Shown: positions 63,285 through 64,000 of the stretch, piece after piece | Layout of the letters: each line of letters opens with the position of its first letter | How positions within the stretch are numbered: the first letter of the stretch is position 1 | From: Eledone cirrhosa | Lineage: Eukaryota | Direction: 5' to 3' | Assembly: GCA_964016885.1 (NCBI GenBank) | Contig: OZ024743.1 | Location: forward strand, 308,326,001-308,390,000 | Length of the DNA: 64,000 nucleotides | Translations under genes and position numbers: made by a program | The notes under the pieces: generated by a model | Databases searched by the model: none | The model's input: only the letters and a program-made list of their open reading frames with translations | Told to the model about the DNA's origin: nothing

Positions 63285-63608
63285 CTAAAACAAAAATAAA
63301 GGGAGAGCAAATGTGCTAAAATGAGTTTTCTGTCAGTGGTGATGCCTTCCTTTCTCTCTTTATCTGTGTCTGTGTGGGTGAGTGTGAGTATTTCTTTTCT
63401 CCTTTTTTTTTTCTTCACACTGCTTCAGTCCATTCAGCTGGCAAAAATGAGTAGTACCTGTAATTCAAAGGGCCAGCCATGCCACGCATTCTGTCATGCA
63501 GAATTTTCCTGAGAACTACGTTAAGCTCAGCCACTTAGACACTCATTTCAGAAGCAGGCAGTTCTGTTGATTGAATGACTGGAGCACTCATCCGAAATGA
63601 CAGAGATC

Positions 63609-63666
<58 letters not shown>

Positions 63667-64000
63667 AACACATACACACATATATATATTATAAAGAAGA
63701 GAAATGGTTTTAAATGTACATCCTCTATTATATAATCCTGTTGTACATTTAAATCCATTCCTCTTCTTTATAATACTGACACTCCATTTGATACCTTATT
63801 GATAATACTTTAAAGAACACAAGTCGTAGAGTGCTTTACATGTTTACACCTAAAGTCGGTAGATTATTTGATCAACCAACTTTTCTTTTCTTTACTTTAA
63901 TATATATATAAAATATATATATATAAAAAAATATATATATATATATAAAATATGTATATATAATATATATATAATATTCAAAACAGACAATTAGTTGTAG

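Overview
Eukaryotic, AT-rich, almost entirely repetitive DNA, most likely from a cephalopod or other mollusc. This is inferred from CORE-type tRNA SINEs sharing a 3' tail with RTE LINEs, CR1 relics and dense (TA)n/(CA)n tracts. I found no intact host gene, RNA gene or prokaryotic feature. Contents: several Penelope-like elements (PLEs), RTE and CR1 LINE relics, two head-to-head Gypsy relics, non-autonomous Helitrons, mariner/Merlin/hAT relics, SINEs, a 4.7-kb hexamer-phased tract and an ~11-kb higher-order satellite whose monomers contain ~240-bp palindromes. Most notable: (i) about 15 type I hammerhead ribozyme (HHR) motifs from roughly 8 apparently unrelated sequence contexts, including a multicopy PLE family with a fixed non-canonical CAGAAGA core; (ii) a PLE whose GIY-YIG endonuclease is replaced by a host-like coding fragment resembling the TRIP4/ASC-1 N-terminus, then amplified as five ~826-bp tandem copies; (iii) one foldback element family that seems to have seeded both the palindromic satellite and a telomere-like tract grading into Asn/Asp-rich ORFs. 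All alignments and folds were done by eye, and element boundaries are approximate.
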